A DNA stretch of 64,000 nucleotides from assembly GCA_903882905.1 (NCBI GenBank), contig CAIRYW010000019.1, forward strand, positions 1,406 through 65,405. The letters are read 5' to 3'. A model generated the notes under the pieces. The model saw only the letters and a list, made by a program, of their open reading frames with translations, was not told the DNA's origin and made no database searches. Of this stretch, positions 29,386 to 39,259 are shown in pieces; position 1 is the stretch's first letter, and each line of letters opens with the position of its first letter. Both the position numbers and the translations under genes were made by a program. The stretch is from an uncultured bacterium (lineage in GTDB: Bacteria > Patescibacteriota > Minisyncoccia > Phycocordibacterales > CAIRYW01).

Positions 29386-31020
29386 ATGAAAAAGTCACAT
29401 AAATACATTTTTGTAGTTGGAGGAGTGATGTCTGGAGTAGGAAAAGGAGTGACAACTTCTTCAATCGGAATGCTTCTTCAGTCCTGCGGTTACAAAGTAA
29501 ATATTGTAAAAGTAGATCCTTATCTAAACGTTGATGCTGGTACAATGAATCCAACAGAGCACGGAGAAGTTTTTGTGCTCGACTCTGGATTAGAGACCGA
29601 TCAAGACATGGGAAACTATGAAAGATTTTTAAACCGTGATATTTCGTCTAATTGTTATATGACCAGTGGAATGGTTTACAAATCTGTAATCGAAAAAGAA
29701 AGATCTCTTGGATATGGAGGTAAATGTGTTGAAGCGATTCCGGATATTCGAGATGAAATTATCAAACGTTTCAATTTTGCAGGAGATAAAGCTCATTCTG
29801 ATATTTCTATAATTGAAATTGGAGGAACAGTTGGTGATTACCAAAACATAATGTTCATCGAAGCGGCTCGAGTAATGAAAATCAGAAATCCCAAAGATGT
29901 TATTTTCATAATGGTCTCCTATCTTCCAGTTCCAGGAAAATTAGGAGAAATGAAATCAAAGCCGACACAAAACGCAATGCGAATGCTTAATTCCTATGGA
30001 GTTCAAGCAGATGTTTTGATTGCAAGAAGTGAAGTTGGAATGGACGATAAGAGAAGAGAAAAAATTGCTATTTCATGCAGTATTCCAAAAGACTATGTCA
30101 TTTCTGCACCAGATGTTGATGTTATTTATGAAGTTGCAGAAAATTTTGAAAAAGGAAATTTAAGTAAAATTATTTTGAATTTGATTAGTCTTCCTAAAAA
30201 GCCATTAGATCTAACTCCTTGGAAAAACTTTATTTCAAAAGTTAAAAATGTAAAAAAAGAAGTAAAAATCGCTGTGGTAGGAAAATATTTTGATACAGGA
30301 GATTTTACACTTTCTGATGCATATCTTTCTGTTATTGAAGCAGTCAAGTTTTCTGCATACCACAGTGGCGCAAAAGCAAAGCTTACATGGCTTAATTCAA
30401 AAGAATTTGAAAAAGATTCAAGTAAATTAAATTCTCTCAAAAATTTTGATGGAATCATTGTTCCAGGAGGATTTGGAGAAACAGGAATCGAAGGAAAGCT
30501 TTCTGCTATTAAATTTGCAAGAGAAAATAAAATTCCATATTTTGGACTATGTTACGGTATGCAACTCATGGTAATTGAATACGCACGCAATGTTTTAGGC
30601 TGGAAAGATGCAAATACATCCGAAATTACAAAAAAATCTGATCATTTGGTGATTGATATAATGCCAGACCAAGAGAAAAAACTTTTGGAAAAGGATTTTG
30701 GTGGATCAATGAGACTCGGTGCTTACCCAGCTGTTCTAAAGAAGGGAACAGTCGCATTTGCAAGTTACGATATAGATAAAATTTCTGAACGTCATCGACA
30801 TCGATACGAAGTAAATCAGGAGTTTATAAAAGATTTAGAAAATGCTGGTTTGGTTTTTTCTGGAACATCTCCAGACGGAAAATTAATGGAAATTGCCGAA
30901 CTTCCAAAATCAAAACATCCATTTTTCCTAGGAACTCAATTTCATCCAGAATTTAGAGCACGACCTCTTTCACCGCACCCACTCTTTTCAGCTTTCATAA
31001 AAGCTGCGCTAAAGAAATAA
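29386..31020 (+). CDS. pyrG: CTP synthase
   Basis: GGVMSGVGKG, DPYLNVDAGTMNP, GLCYGMQ, QFHPE. Confidence 0.97.
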   Translation: MKKSHKYIFVVGGVMSGVGKGVTTSSIGMLLQSCGYKVNIVKVDPYLNVDAGTMNPTEHGEVFVLDSGLETDQDMGNYERFLNRDISSNCYMTSGMVYKSVIEKERSLGYGGKCVEAIPDIRDEIIKRFNFAGDKAHSDISIIEIGGTVGDYQNIMFIEAARVMKIRNPKDVIFIMVSYLPVPGKLGEMKSKPTQNAMRMLNSYGVQADVLIARSEVGMDDKRREKIAISCSIPKDYVISAPDVDVIYEVAENFEKGNLSKIILNLISLPKKPLDLTPWKNFISKVKNVKKEVKIAVVGKYFDTGDFTLSDAYLSVIEAVKFSAYHSGAKAKLTWLNSKEFEKDSSKLNSLKNFDGIIVPGGFGETGIEGKLSAIKFARENKIPYFGLCYGMQLMVIEYARNVLGWKDANTSEITKKSDHLVIDIMPDQEKKLLEKDFGGSMRLGAYPAVLKKGTVAFASYDIDKISERHRHRYEVNQEFIKDLENAGLVFSGTSPDGKLMEIAELPKSKHPFFLGTQFHPEFRARPLSPHPLFSAFIKAALKK

Positions 31021-31027
31021 TTCGGAG

Positions 31028-31070
31028 GACTTGTAGGTAATTCCTCCTGTGGAGGTTTTTCCTCTAAGTC
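31028..31070. repeat. 43-bp REP-like doublet; inverted copy of 50402-50444
   Basis: 37/43 identity to the reverse complement of 50402-50444; two AGG-N5-CCT units. Confidence 0.75.
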
Positions 31071-31141
31071 TTTTTATTTTGATTTTTTGGTTAAAAAAAG
31101 CTAAAGTAATTGAGCTTTTAGTATTTCTATAAGCAATAAAT

Positions 31142-31296
31142 TGCGGGTTCGTCTAATGGTAGGACGTTCACTCTGAGGAGCTATTGGGGTGAGCTTGGGA
31201 TAAGGGACCCAAGTGCAAGACCGGAATCCGCGTAGGCGGATGAGGAGGGGTCGCGAAATTTTTCAGCAGAAAAATATTTGTGACCGAGTCCCTGAC
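31142..31296 (+). pseudogene. Degenerate tRNA-Gln copy interrupted in the T-loop by a structured element (31191-31284)
   Basis: tgcgggttcgtctaatggtaggac is identical to the start of the intact gene at 31307; tRNA sequence resumes as cgagtccctgac after aaatatttgtgac. Confidence 0.75.
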
Positions 31297-31306
31297 AAAA
31301 AAATAT

Positions 31307-31380
31307 TGCGGGTTCGTCTAATGGTAGGACATCTCCCTCTGGAGGAGGCTATTGGGGTTCGAGTCCCTGACCCGCAGCCA
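31307..31380 (+). tRNA. tRNA-Gln(CTG)
   Basis: tgcgggt/acccgca, loop ct CTG ga, GCCA end. Confidence 0.93.
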
Positions 31381-31455
31381 GCGCTTTAAAATTTTGATTA
31401 TTCTACTTCCGGTTAACTAAGTTAACCAAAGGTTTGAAATTGGAGTTTATAAAAA

Positions 31456-32154
31456 ATGAAAACAGAACCAAATGACGAAGTAATTAAGAATAGTAAATAT
31501 TATTTTTATGTTGCTATTTTATTTGTTGCAACCTTAATGATCTCAAATACGGTTGCGGTTAAGTTGGTCGGATTAGGACCGATGGTTTTTTCTGGTGCTT
31601 TTATAATTTTTCCTGTTGTTTATATTTTTGGAGACATTCTTACAGAAGTTTATGGATATAAAGCAACAAGAAGAATAATTTGGGCTGGATTTTTTAGTCA
31701 AATATTGATGGTGCTCTGTTATTGGTTGGTGCAAATTATGCCATCTGCAGATGTTTGGCCAAATCAAAATGCGTATGAATTAATTCTTGGATCTGTTCCA
31801 AGAATTGTATTTGCATCATTGATTGCCTATTTCATAGGTGAATTTGCTAATTCATATGTTATGTCAAAAATGAAGATTTTTACTAACGGTAAATATCTTT
31901 GGACAAGGACTATTGGTTCTACTGTTGTTGGCCAGTTGCTAGACACCATTATTTTTACAACAATTGCTTTTGGAGGGACAGTTCATGTATCTGTTTTATT
32001 TGTAATTATTGTATTTGAATATTTCGGTAAAGTTTTTTATGAGACAATCTTGACTCCTGTGACATATTTTGTGATTAAGAAATTGAAAAAAGCCGAAGGT
32101 CTAGATGTTTATGATAGGGGTATAGACTATAATCCTTTTGGTTTTGAGGAATAA
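31456..32154 (+). CDS. Queuosine precursor transporter (YhhQ/VUT family)
   Basis: ISN..AVK, FP..YIFGDILTEVYGY, RTIGSTVVGQLLDT. Confidence 0.88.
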   Translation: MKTEPNDEVIKNSKYYFYVAILFVATLMISNTVAVKLVGLGPMVFSGAFIIFPVVYIFGDILTEVYGYKATRRIIWAGFFSQILMVLCYWLVQIMPSADVWPNQNAYELILGSVPRIVFASLIAYFIGEFANSYVMSKMKIFTNGKYLWTRTIGSTVVGQLLDTIIFTTIAFGGTVHVSVLFVIIVFEYFGKVFYETILTPVTYFVIKKLKKAEGLDVYDRGIDYNPFGFEE

Positions 32155-32230
32155 ATTTTTAATTGAGTAGCCTTTAGGCAAGGTGAGTCCTTGCCGAAGG
32201 GTGAGGATTGATAACTGAGGTTTAAATGTT

Positions 32231-32743
32231 ATGAATAAAAAAATTTTTGTTAGTGACAAAATGCAGAAAAAATATACTTATGTTCTTTCTCAACCTGTAG
32301 GGGAAAATTTTGACCCTGAATTTAAACCAGATTTAACTCCAAAAGAAATGCTTGAGCTTGGGGTTTTTGGCGGTAGATATCTTCGTGATTGCAGAGATGA
32401 ATTTCCAAAAGAATGGTTTAGTAAAGCAAAATTGTATGAAGGTATTAAGGGACACAATAAAAAACTAAACTATTTTGGTGTTGATGCTTCACAGTCTTTG
32501 TCAGAATGGCTGAAGAAAGGTTGGATATATAAAGATGATCCTCGTGGATGGTTTGAGTGGTATTGTCGTTACTATATGGGGCGGCGCATACCAGATGAGG
32601 ATAAAAGGCAGATTAAAAGATGGAAAGCTATGAGAAGACATATTTCTCAGTTGAAAAATAATTGTAGAGAAGGGGATATTTTCTGTCGTCCTAGACAACG
32701 CCAGGCGCTGTTACATTGGGCATATGATAGTCGGCTGATATAA
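32231..32743 (+). CDS. Conserved hypothetical protein
   Basis: FKPDLTPKEMLELGVFGG, DPRGWFEWYCRYY, RQALLHWA resemble a conserved family of unknown function. Confidence 0.7.
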   Translation: MNKKIFVSDKMQKKYTYVLSQPVGENFDPEFKPDLTPKEMLELGVFGGRYLRDCRDEFPKEWFSKAKLYEGIKGHNKKLNYFGVDASQSLSEWLKKGWIYKDDPRGWFEWYCRYYMGRRIPDEDKRQIKRWKAMRRHISQLKNNCREGDIFCRPRQRQALLHWAYDSRLI

Positions 32744-32774
32744 TTATTAGGTTGATAATTAATAAATTGAAAAT

Positions 32775-33011
32775 ATGAAAAATAAAAATTGCGAAAGTTG
32801 CATGATGCCATTTGCAAAAGACCCTGGGGTGAGAGAGTCAGAGAAGTCTTGTAGCTATTGTTTTAATAACGGAAAGCTTTGCTACGAAGGGAATGATTTG
32901 AAAGTCTTTCAAGAGGCAAGTTATGATGCAATGGTTAAAAAGGGAATGAACAAATATAAAGCAAAATTCTTTACATTTTTAATTAGATTTGCTCCAAGGT
33001 GGAAAAAATAA
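32775..33011 (+). CDS. Putative zinc-ribbon protein
   Basis: CESCMMP...CSYC...PRWK. Confidence 0.7.
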   Translation: MKNKNCESCMMPFAKDPGVRESEKSCSYCFNNGKLCYEGNDLKVFQEASYDAMVKKGMNKYKAKFFTFLIRFAPRWKK

Positions 33012-33136
33012 AAGCAATTATTTAATTTATCCATCTATAAAATTTTTTTTAAAAATATGTAATTTTGCTCTGAAAATAGATATCCACAGGTTGTTTCGTA
33101 AACAAAAATGTATGTGTTACAATTTGTCCAATTTAC

Positions 33137-34111
33137 ATGAATAATCCTTGGAATCTAAAAGAACAATTTCTTAATGAAGTGAATGAAAAAGGAGGATTTG
33201 TTAATTGTCACGGACACTTTGACAAGGCTTTTTATATTACCAAGGATGGTCTCGATAAGACCATGGTGGATATGGAAACCAAGTGGAGAATGAGCGATGA
33301 CATAAAAAGGAATTCCACTGAAGATGAAATCGCCACTCGAATCAGAACAGCATTGGATATATTAGTGTCGCAGGGAGTAAAACTCACTGCGACTTTTGTT
33401 GATGCCTACGATGCAGTAGGACATAAAGCAATTGATGCTGCCCTGAAAGTAAAAGAAGAATATAAAGATAAGATAAAACTGCTTATTGCTACTCAACCAC
33501 TCGGAGGGCTTGTTGATAAAAACGCTCGCGAACTTTTTGAAGCAATTTCGGCCAAGGCGGATATTGTTGGAGGGCTACCTTCAAAAGATCGACCAAATGA
33601 TGACGAGAATTTTGATTTACTTTTTGAAATTGCAAAAAAATTAAATAAGCCACTTCATGTACACATTGATCAAGAAAATAATCCAAATGAAAGAGATACT
33701 GAAAGATTGATTGAGTATACGATAAAGCATGGTTATCAAGGAAGGGTAGTTGCAGTTCATGCTATTTCAGTCTCGGCACAAAACAAAGAGTACAGAAAAG
33801 AAATATATAAAAAATTAGCAGATGCAAAAATCGCAGTGATTGTTTGTCCTTCCGCTGCGATTTCAATGAGACAGCTTGATCAATTTTCATCTCCGATACA
33901 CAACTCAATTGCAAACGTTTCTGAGATGCTTGAAGCTGGAGTTTTAGTTGGCCTCGGTGTAGATAATATTTCTGATTTCTATCAGCCATTTATTGATGGT
34001 GATATGTGGACTGAAGTTAGAATGCTTCAGGAAGCTTGCAGGTATTATAACTTTGAGAATTTAGTAGACATTGCGTCGGTAAATGGTAAAAAGATTTTAG
34101 AAATTAAATAA
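33137..34111 (+). CDS. Cytosine-deaminase-like metal-dependent amidohydrolase
   Basis: HGHFDK, HVHIDQ, VAVHA, GLGVDNISDFYQP. Confidence 0.85.
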   Translation: MNNPWNLKEQFLNEVNEKGGFVNCHGHFDKAFYITKDGLDKTMVDMETKWRMSDDIKRNSTEDEIATRIRTALDILVSQGVKLTATFVDAYDAVGHKAIDAALKVKEEYKDKIKLLIATQPLGGLVDKNARELFEAISAKADIVGGLPSKDRPNDDENFDLLFEIAKKLNKPLHVHIDQENNPNERDTERLIEYTIKHGYQGRVVAVHAISVSAQNKEYRKEIYKKLADAKIAVIVCPSAAISMRQLDQFSSPIHNSIANVSEMLEAGVLVGLGVDNISDFYQPFIDGDMWTEVRMLQEACRYYNFENLVDIASVNGKKILEIK

Positions 34112-34119
34112 AAAATTTT

Positions 34120-35406
34120 ATGGCAAAACTTTGGCAGACAAAATCAACATCGCTTCATCCGCTAGTAGAGAAATATACTGTAGGTAATGATTATATTCTT
34201 GATACAAAGCTTTTGCCTTTTGATATTGAAGCTTCAAAGGCGCACGCCCAGGCTTTGGTGAAAATGAAAATTTTGACACAAGCAGAATTTGAAAAATTAA
34301 AAACTGGATTAAATGAAATTTTAAAACTATATAAAGAAGGGAAGTTTGAAATAAAACAATCTGATGAGGATTGCCATACAGCTATCGAAAATTATTTAAC
34401 CGAAAAATACGGAGTGCTTGGAAAAAAGATTCACACATGCAGATCAAGAAATGATCAGGTTTTGGTTGCAACAAGACTTTATACAAAAAATGAGCTCAAA
34501 GAAATAAGTCGTGAACTTATTAATGCTCAAAAAGTATTTTTAAAAATCGCAAAAAAATATGAGTTTGTTCCTATGCCTGGATATACACATACAAGAAGGG
34601 CGATGCCTTCAAGTGTAGGGCACTGGGCAGCTGCTTATGTTGAGGAATTGATTAACGACCACATGATCCTTGAATCGGCGTATAAGTTGAATGACCAAAA
34701 CCCTCTTGGCGCAGCCGCTGGTTTTGGAATAAATATGCCACTCGATAGAAAGCTTACAACTAAATTGATGAAGTTTGATAGAGTTCAGGTCAATACGCTT
34801 TATTGTGTTAACAGTAGAGGGCCTTCAGAAAGTTTTATTCTTTCCGTTATGACAAAAATTATGATGACTTTGGGACGTTTAGCGGGGGAGATGATTTGGT
34901 TTTCGACTCCAGAGTTTGGATTTTTTAATTTGCCAAATGAATTTACGACAGGTTCTTCAATAATGCCCCAGAAGAAAAATCCAGACGTTTTTGAAATTTT
35001 GAGAGGAAATGTAAATGTGGTTGTATCGCTTCAGAGTCAGATTAGAGATATTTCTAAAAATTTAATTTCTGGGTACAACAGAGATACACAACTTACAAAA
35101 GAGTCTTTGATTGAAGGCTTAGAAATTACAAAAAAAAGTTTGGAGATCGTATCTCTAGTAATGGAAAAAGTTACTCCTAACAAAGAAAATCTAATGAAAT
35201 CTATTGCACCAGAATTTTTAGCTGTAAATGAAGCTAATAAATTGGTGAAAGGCGGTATGGCTTTCCGAGATGCATATCAAAATGTAAAAGAAAACCTAGA
35301 CAAGCTTACTGTAGGAGATCCAGTAAAAGTTATAAAAGAAATAAATTCACTTGGTGCTCCAGGTAATTTAAGACTTCAGGACTATAAAGTAAGTAAACCG
35401 CTTTAA
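34120..35406 (+). CDS. argH: Argininosuccinate lyase family protein
   Basis: EDCH, HTCRSRNDQV, MPGYTH, GSSIMPQKKNPD, SGYNRD, FRDAY. Confidence 0.9.
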   Translation: MAKLWQTKSTSLHPLVEKYTVGNDYILDTKLLPFDIEASKAHAQALVKMKILTQAEFEKLKTGLNEILKLYKEGKFEIKQSDEDCHTAIENYLTEKYGVLGKKIHTCRSRNDQVLVATRLYTKNELKEISRELINAQKVFLKIAKKYEFVPMPGYTHTRRAMPSSVGHWAAAYVEELINDHMILESAYKLNDQNPLGAAAGFGINMPLDRKLTTKLMKFDRVQVNTLYCVNSRGPSESFILSVMTKIMMTLGRLAGEMIWFSTPEFGFFNLPNEFTTGSSIMPQKKNPDVFEILRGNVNVVVSLQSQIRDISKNLISGYNRDTQLTKESLIEGLEITKKSLEIVSLVMEKVTPNKENLMKSIAPEFLAVNEANKLVKGGMAFRDAYQNVKENLDKLTVGDPVKVIKEINSLGAPGNLRLQDYKVSKPL

Positions 35407-35464
35407 TTGAAAGAAAGAAGTTATTTTGAGATTAAGTTACTTAGCCTGAAAAAGTAAATATATT

Positions 35465-36538
35465 ATGTTATATCAACCTTTCTACAATCCAGAAAAATCA
35501 TACGAAGAAAATTTTAAGGAAGGACCGTATGGAATTTTTTCTGATAAAGAAATTTTTCTTGAAGAAGGTGAGCCTCAATATGATTTTTTGGGACACAAAG
35601 TTTATTCACCATTTGGAATTCCTGCTGGCCCTTTAATAAATGGGAATTTTGTAGAAGCTGCGCTTGATAAAGGTTTTGATATTGTGACGTACAAAACAGT
35701 GCGAACAAAAAAATATCCATGCCATCCTTGGCCAAATGTTTTAGCAGTACATTTAGAGGGCGATCTAACTATCGAAAAGGCAAATAATAAACTTGCGGCG
35801 GATGGTGATTATAAAGAACCGCTTTCTATTACTAATTCTTTTGGTGTACCTTCTTTTGAGCCAGAGTTTTGGCAAAAGGACATAGAACAGGTTGTAAAAA
35901 ATACCCGAAAAGGTCAAATAATTGTTGGAGCTTTTCAGGGAACTAAAACAGAAGACGGAAATGTAGAAAATTATATAAAAGATTTTTGCTTGGCGGCTCG
36001 AGTATTAAAAGAGAGTGGAGTAAAAGTATTTGAAGTAAATTTTAGTTGTCCAAATGAAGGGACTACAAATTTACTTTGTTTTGATGTGGATAGAAGTGAA
36101 CTCGTTGCTAAGGCTATAAAAGAAGAAATTGGGGAGCTTCCTTTGATTGTGAAGATTGCTTACTTTAAAGAGGAAGAAATACTTAAAAATTTTGTAAAAA
36201 AAGTTGGTCCTGTTGTTCAAGGAATTTCAGCAATCAACACAATTTCAGCTGAAATAATAGACAAAGATGGAAATCAGGCGCTTCCGGGGGAAGGAAGAAT
36301 TAGAAGTGGGGTTTGCGGACATTCTATTAAGTGGGCAGGACTTGAGATGGTGAAGAGGCTAAAGAAACTTCGTACAGAGTTTGGATATTCTTATACTATA
36401 ATAGGCGTAGGAGGTGTAAACGAAGTAAAAGATTTTATTGAATACAGAGAACAAGGTGCAGATATTGTGATGTCTGCAACTGGTGCGATGTGGAATCCTT
36501 ATTTAGCAAAAGAAATTAAAGAACAATTACAGAAATAA
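35465..36538 (+). CDS. pyrD: Dihydroorotate dehydrogenase-like flavoenzyme (class 1 type)
   Basis: FMN barrel motifs KT, NSFG, EVNFSCPN, VKI, INT, IIGVGG; precedes pyrE. Confidence 0.75.
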   Translation: MLYQPFYNPEKSYEENFKEGPYGIFSDKEIFLEEGEPQYDFLGHKVYSPFGIPAGPLINGNFVEAALDKGFDIVTYKTVRTKKYPCHPWPNVLAVHLEGDLTIEKANNKLAADGDYKEPLSITNSFGVPSFEPEFWQKDIEQVVKNTRKGQIIVGAFQGTKTEDGNVENYIKDFCLAARVLKESGVKVFEVNFSCPNEGTTNLLCFDVDRSELVAKAIKEEIGELPLIVKIAYFKEEEILKNFVKKVGPVVQGISAINTISAEIIDKDGNQALPGEGRIRSGVCGHSIKWAGLEMVKRLKKLRTEFGYSYTIIGVGGVNEVKDFIEYREQGADIVMSATGAMWNPYLAKEIKEQLQK

Positions 36539-36542
36539 ATTT

Positions 36543-37169
36543 ATGAGTGATGTAATAGAAATTTTAAAAAAAGTTGGTGCACTAATTCCAAATGATCATT
36601 TTGTTGGTACTTCTGGAATGCATATTGATACGTATATAAATAAAGATGCACTCTATCCGCACACCAAAGAAACCTCAGAAGTCGGAAAATTATTTGCAGA
36701 AAAATATAAAGATAAAAATATTGATGTTGTAGTTGCTCCCGCGCTTGGGGGTATTATTTTGTCTGTTTGGACCGCATACCACTTGAGCGAGTTGAATTCA
36801 AAAGATGTTTTGGGAGTTTATACAGAAAAAACTCCAGAAGGGAATCAAATTTTTACTAGAGGTTATGATAAATATGTAACTGGAAAAAATATTTTAATAG
36901 TTGAAGATTTAACAACCACTGGTGGATCGGTTTTGAAAGTTGTAAATACTGTAAAAGAGAAAAGAGGAAATATTATTGGAGTTTGCGTGATGGTGAACAA
37001 AAATCCAAAATTAGTTAATAGCGAAACTTTAGACATTCCTTTTGATTCGCTCGCCGAATATCCTGTGGAGGCATTCGATGCAAAGGACTGTCCACTTTGT
37101 AAGACTGGAGTTCCGGTGAATGTCACTGTTGGTCATGGAAAAAAATTTGTTGAGAGTCAGAAAATATAA
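36543..37169 (+). CDS. pyrE: Orotate phosphoribosyltransferase
   Basis: HF..TSG.H...Y, APALGG, IVEDLTTTGGS. Confidence 0.85.
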   Translation: MSDVIEILKKVGALIPNDHFVGTSGMHIDTYINKDALYPHTKETSEVGKLFAEKYKDKNIDVVVAPALGGIILSVWTAYHLSELNSKDVLGVYTEKTPEGNQIFTRGYDKYVTGKNILIVEDLTTTGGSVLKVVNTVKEKRGNIIGVCVMVNKNPKLVNSETLDIPFDSLAEYPVEAFDAKDCPLCKTGVPVNVTVGHGKKFVESQKI

Positions 37170-37178
37170 AATAAAAAA

Positions 37179-37988
37179 ATGAATCCTATAGAAAAATATA
37201 ATATTAGAGCAAGAAAAATTAATTCTCTTGTCTGTGTTGGGCTTGATGCAGATTTTGATAAGATGCCAGAAAAATTTAAAAGTCTCGGAGGTAGTGAAGC
37301 TCAGTTTCAATTTAATAAATATATTATTGATTCCACAAATGAATTTGCATCTGCCTTCAAACCAAATGCAGCATTTTATGAGGCAAGAGGAGTTGAGGGA
37401 ATGGAAGCCTTGAAAAAGACTATGGATTACATCCACGAGTTTTATCCAGATGTTTTTACAATTTTTGACGCCAAGCGTGCAGATATTGGAAATACAAATA
37501 ATGGCTATATTACATCGATTTTTGATTGGTTTGGATTTGATGCTGTAACACTTCATCCATATTTAGGACAAGAAGCCCTACAACCTTTTTTTGATAGAAA
37601 TGATAAATGTTCAATAATTTTGGCTCGTACCTCAAATCCCGGAGCTCCAGAATTTCAAGATTTAATTTTGAAAGATTCAGATGAGCCTCTTTGGCAAAAT
37701 GTTGCAAAAAAAGTAAGTAGTGAATGGAATGAAAATAAAAATCTAATGATCGTGCTTGGGGGCACCTATCCAGAAGAAATTGGAAAAGCTCGTCAGATTA
37801 CTGGTGAGATGACTTTTTTGGTTCCTGGGATTGGTGCTCAAGGTGGAGAAGTAAAAGATGTTATTATCAAAGGGAAAAATAGTGAGGGTTTAGGTTTGAT
37901 AATAAATTCCTCACGAGGAATTATTTTTGCCGAAAATCCGGCGGAAGAAGCACAAAAACTCAGAGATGAAATTAGAAAATATCTGTAA
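37179..37988 (+). CDS. pyrF: Orotidine-5'-phosphate decarboxylase
   Basis: CVGLD, FKPNAAFY, DAKRADIGNT, LVPGIGAQGG, NSSRGI. Confidence 0.95.
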   Translation: MNPIEKYNIRARKINSLVCVGLDADFDKMPEKFKSLGGSEAQFQFNKYIIDSTNEFASAFKPNAAFYEARGVEGMEALKKTMDYIHEFYPDVFTIFDAKRADIGNTNNGYITSIFDWFGFDAVTLHPYLGQEALQPFFDRNDKCSIILARTSNPGAPEFQDLILKDSDEPLWQNVAKKVSSEWNENKNLMIVLGGTYPEEIGKARQITGEMTFLVPGIGAQGGEVKDVIIKGKNSEGLGLIINSSRGIIFAENPAEEAQKLRDEIRKYL

Positions 37989-38002
37989 TTAATAAAAATA
38001 AT

Positions 38003-39256
38003 ATGAAAATTTTAATTGTAGGGAGCGGAGGCAGAGAACACGCACTAGCATGGAAAATCAAACAATCATCAAAGGTTGAAGAACTTTTTATTGCGCCAGG
38101 AAATCCTGGAACTGCAAAATTAGGAACAAATATTTCAATTACAAAAACTGAAGAAATAATTGATTGGCTAAAAGAAAATGAAGTGGATTTGGTTTTGATA
38201 GGGCCTGATAATTATTTGGCTGATGGAATCGTTGATGAAATTCAGAAAATGGAGATTGCGGTTTTCGGCCCAACAAAAGATGCATCAGAAATAGAATGGT
38301 CAAAATCTTTTGCAAAACAGTTTATGCAGGAAGAAGGAATCCCAACTGCTCGATTTAAAGTTTTTAATAGTTTTGAAGAAGCAAATAAATATATTGAGAC
38401 ACAAAACTTTCCGCTAGTTATAAAGGCTAGTGGTCTGGCTTTGGGAAAAGGAGTCATAATTGCCCAAACTTTCGAAGAAGCAAAAAAAACTCTCGAGGAA
38501 ATCATGACCACAAAAATATTTGGTGATGCTGGTGATGAAGTGGTTATTGAAGAATTTTTAGTAGGAAAGGAAATTTCAACGCATGCATTCTGTGATGGAG
38601 AAAATGTTTCAATGTTTCCAGCCTCACAAGACCACAAGACAATTTTTGAAGGCGATAAAGGCCCAAATACAGGCGGTATGGGCACAATTGCGCCAGTGCC
38701 TTGGGTCACAGAAGAACACATGAAAGCTATCGAAAATCAGATTGTTAGACCTACAATTAATGCTCTCAAAAAAAGAGGCAGACCTTTTAAGGGAGTGTTA
38801 TTTCCTGGAATAATGATTACCGAAAGTGGTCCAAAAGTTATTGAATTTAATGCTCGTTTTGGTGATCCTGAAACTGAATCTTATATGAGAATTCTTAAAA
38901 CTGATTTGGTTGATATTCTTTTGACTTGTGTAGATGGAAAATTAAATGAGCAGAAAATTGAATGGGAAAATTTTAGTGCTTGTACTGTAATGTGTGCCTC
39001 AGGTGGATATCCTGGAAGTTATGAAAAGGGAAAGGTGATTGGCGGTTTGGATAATTTAGAAAAAGATGTGGTTGTTTTTCATGCAGGCACAAAAGAAATT
39101 AATGGAGAAATTGTTACAAACGGAGGAAGGGTTTTAGGTATAAGTGCTATTGGAAGTGATTTGAACGAAGCTCTTTCAAAAGCTTATGGCTCGATCGAAA
39201 AAGTTTCCTTTGATGGAATGCAGTTTAGGAAAGACATAGGAGCTAAATCAATTTAA
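38003..39256 (+). CDS. purD: Phosphoribosylamine-glycine ligase
   Basis: GSGGREHA, APGNPG, QDHK, GPNTGGMG, EFNARFGDPE. Confidence 0.96.
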   Translation: MKILIVGSGGREHALAWKIKQSSKVEELFIAPGNPGTAKLGTNISITKTEEIIDWLKENEVDLVLIGPDNYLADGIVDEIQKMEIAVFGPTKDASEIEWSKSFAKQFMQEEGIPTARFKVFNSFEEANKYIETQNFPLVIKASGLALGKGVIIAQTFEEAKKTLEEIMTTKIFGDAGDEVVIEEFLVGKEISTHAFCDGENVSMFPASQDHKTIFEGDKGPNTGGMGTIAPVPWVTEEHMKAIENQIVRPTINALKKRGRPFKGVLFPGIMITESGPKVIEFNARFGDPETESYMRILKTDLVDILLTCVDGKLNEQKIEWENFSACTVMCASGGYPGSYEKGKVIGGLDNLEKDVVVFHAGTKEINGEIVTNGGRVLGISAIGSDLNEALSKAYGSIEKVSFDGMQFRKDIGAKSI

Positions 39257-39259
39257 AAT

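Noticed and set aside
31381-31455. preQ1 riboswitch upstream of the queuosine precursor transporter
   Set aside because: Only a ggttaac/gttaacc hairpin is present; I cannot match the preQ1 consensus.
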